Assembly: GCA_003427395.1 (NCBI GenBank) | Contig: BFEA01000007.1 | Coordinates: forward strand, 2,264,850-2,328,849 | Direction of reading: 5' to 3' | DNA: 64,000 nt | From: Chara braunii | Lineage: Eukaryota > Plantae > Charophyceae | Position numbers and translations under genes: made by a program | The notes under the pieces: model-generated | What the model was told of the DNA's origin: nothing | Seen by the model: the letters and a program-made list of their open reading frames with translations, nothing else | The model's database searches: none | Shown here: positions 63,284 to 64,000 of the stretch, in pieces | Layout of the letters: the number at the start of each line of letters is the position of its first letter | Position numbering within the stretch: position 1 is the stretch's first letter

Positions 63284-63307
63284 TATATATATATATATAT
63301 ATATATA

Positions 63308-63415
63308 CTCCTGATGAGTCGGTGAAACTCCGACGAAACAGTTTGTCACAGCCCCTCGTTTGTTGTCCTCTTCTCCCTCTCTGCCTACGGTTTACCGGGC
63401 AGTTCTATTTGACGA
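63308..63415 (+). ncRNA. Hammerhead ribozyme core within a short repeat element
   Basis: CTGATGA at 63311-63317, stem II GTCGG-tgaaact-CCGAC, GAAAC at 63335-63339, and 3' hairpin CTGCC-TA-CGG-ttta-CCG-GGCAG. Stem I is cut off by (TA)n. Confidence 0.8.
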
Positions 63416-63421
63416 TATATA

Positions 63422-63475
63422 TAGAACGCATGTTTTGCAAGTATGAAGTTATCGGTTCAAGTCCGATCGTCTCCA
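63422..63475 (+). pseudogene. trnA: Mitochondrial-type tRNA-Ala(UGC) 3' fragment (NUMT)
   Basis: Anticodon arm CATGT-TTTGCAA-GTATG and T arm ATCGG-TTCAAGT-CCGAT; the 5' acceptor strand and D arm are missing. A mirror copy lies at 63822-63875. Confidence 0.8.
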
Positions 63476-63487
63476 ATTTCCCCGTGA

Positions 63488-63520
63488 GCCCACGTAGCTC
63501 AGGTGGTAGAGCATTCCTCA
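63488..63520 (+). pseudogene. tRNA 5' half, probably mitochondrial trnT (NUMT)
   Basis: GCCCACGTAGCTCAGGTGGTAGAGCATTCC with D arm GCTC/GAGC. The anticodon is absent, so identity is inferred from the known streptophyte mitochondrial trnA-trnT linkage. Confidence 0.6.
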
Positions 63521-63546
63521 TGTTGCCATGAGAGGGACCCATCTTG

Positions 63547-63587
63547 AGCCCACACAATAAATCCAAGAACTCCAATACTTATCATAG
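63547..63587 (-). pseudogene. cox1: 41-nt mitochondrial cox1 exon with flanking intron ends (NUMT)
   Basis: Encodes (A)MISIGVLGFIVWA. Upstream is a group II domain V/VI end (GCGGTTCGGAGGGCGGG...CCCGACCCCTAT); downstream is a group I-like P1. A mirror copy lies at 63710-63750. Confidence 0.85.
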
Positions 63588-63882
63588 ATAGGGGTCGGGA
63601 GTTGTGTTTTCCCGCCCTCCGAACCGCAAATGGTATTTTNNANNANNNNNNTNNTNNAAAATACCATTTGCGGTTCGGAGGGCGGGAAAACACAACTCCC
63701 GACCCCTATCTATGATAAGTATTGGAGTTCTTGGATTTATTGTGTGGGCTCAAGATGGGTCCCTCTCATGGCAACATGAGGAATGCTCTACCACCTGAGC
63801 TACGTGGGCTCACGGGGAAATTGGAGACGATCGGACTTGAACCGATAACTTCATACTTGCAAAACATGCGTTCTATATATAT

Positions 63883-64000
63883 CGTCAAATAGAACTGCCC
63901 GGTAAACCGTAGGCAGAGAGGGAGAAGAGGACAACAAACGAGGGGCTGTGACAAACTGTTTCGTCGGAGTTTCACCGACTCATCAGGAGGCTGAACCCTC
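63883..64000 (-). ncRNA. Hammerhead ribozyme element, most complete copy (runs off the window end)
   Basis: Reverse complement GAGG-gttcag-CCTC CTGATGA GTCGG-tgaaact-CCGAC GAAAC AGTTTGTC: a stem I hairpin abuts the core. Confidence 0.82.

Noticed and set aside
63381-63415. Helitron 3' end (hairpin near the terminus)
   Set aside because: No CTRR terminus follows the hairpin, and the hammerhead core with 5' truncations fits a retroelement better.
63422-63520. Functional tRNA genes
   Set aside because: Both are incomplete: one lacks the 5' part and the other lacks the anticodon and 3' half.

Overview
Eukaryotic, repeat-dense nuclear DNA. It is most likely from a charophyte alga such as Chara; this is inferred from the TE style, microsatellites and organellar fragments, not from a database search. 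There is one host gene, ATG13, with a 2.35 kb first coding exon on the minus strand (45047-42702). To its left lie about 42 kb of satellites and nested, decayed Ty3/Gypsy LTR retrotransposons (chromovirus-type integrases, iMet PBS) carrying MITE insertions. To its right are an 8.6 kb PIF/Harbinger transposon with a third ORF, a probable tRNA-derived SINE and a long decayed ORF of unknown family. The most notable signal is a short (about 120 bp) element in (TA)n tracts that carries a perfect hammerhead-ribozyme core; five variably 5'-truncated copies are present, always next to a CAGGGT-ended MITE. A mosaic mitochondrial insertion (trnA-trnT plus a 41-nt cox1 exon between group II and group I intron ends) sits at the right end. 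Several assembly artefacts are visible, including a Nextera mate-pair adapter.
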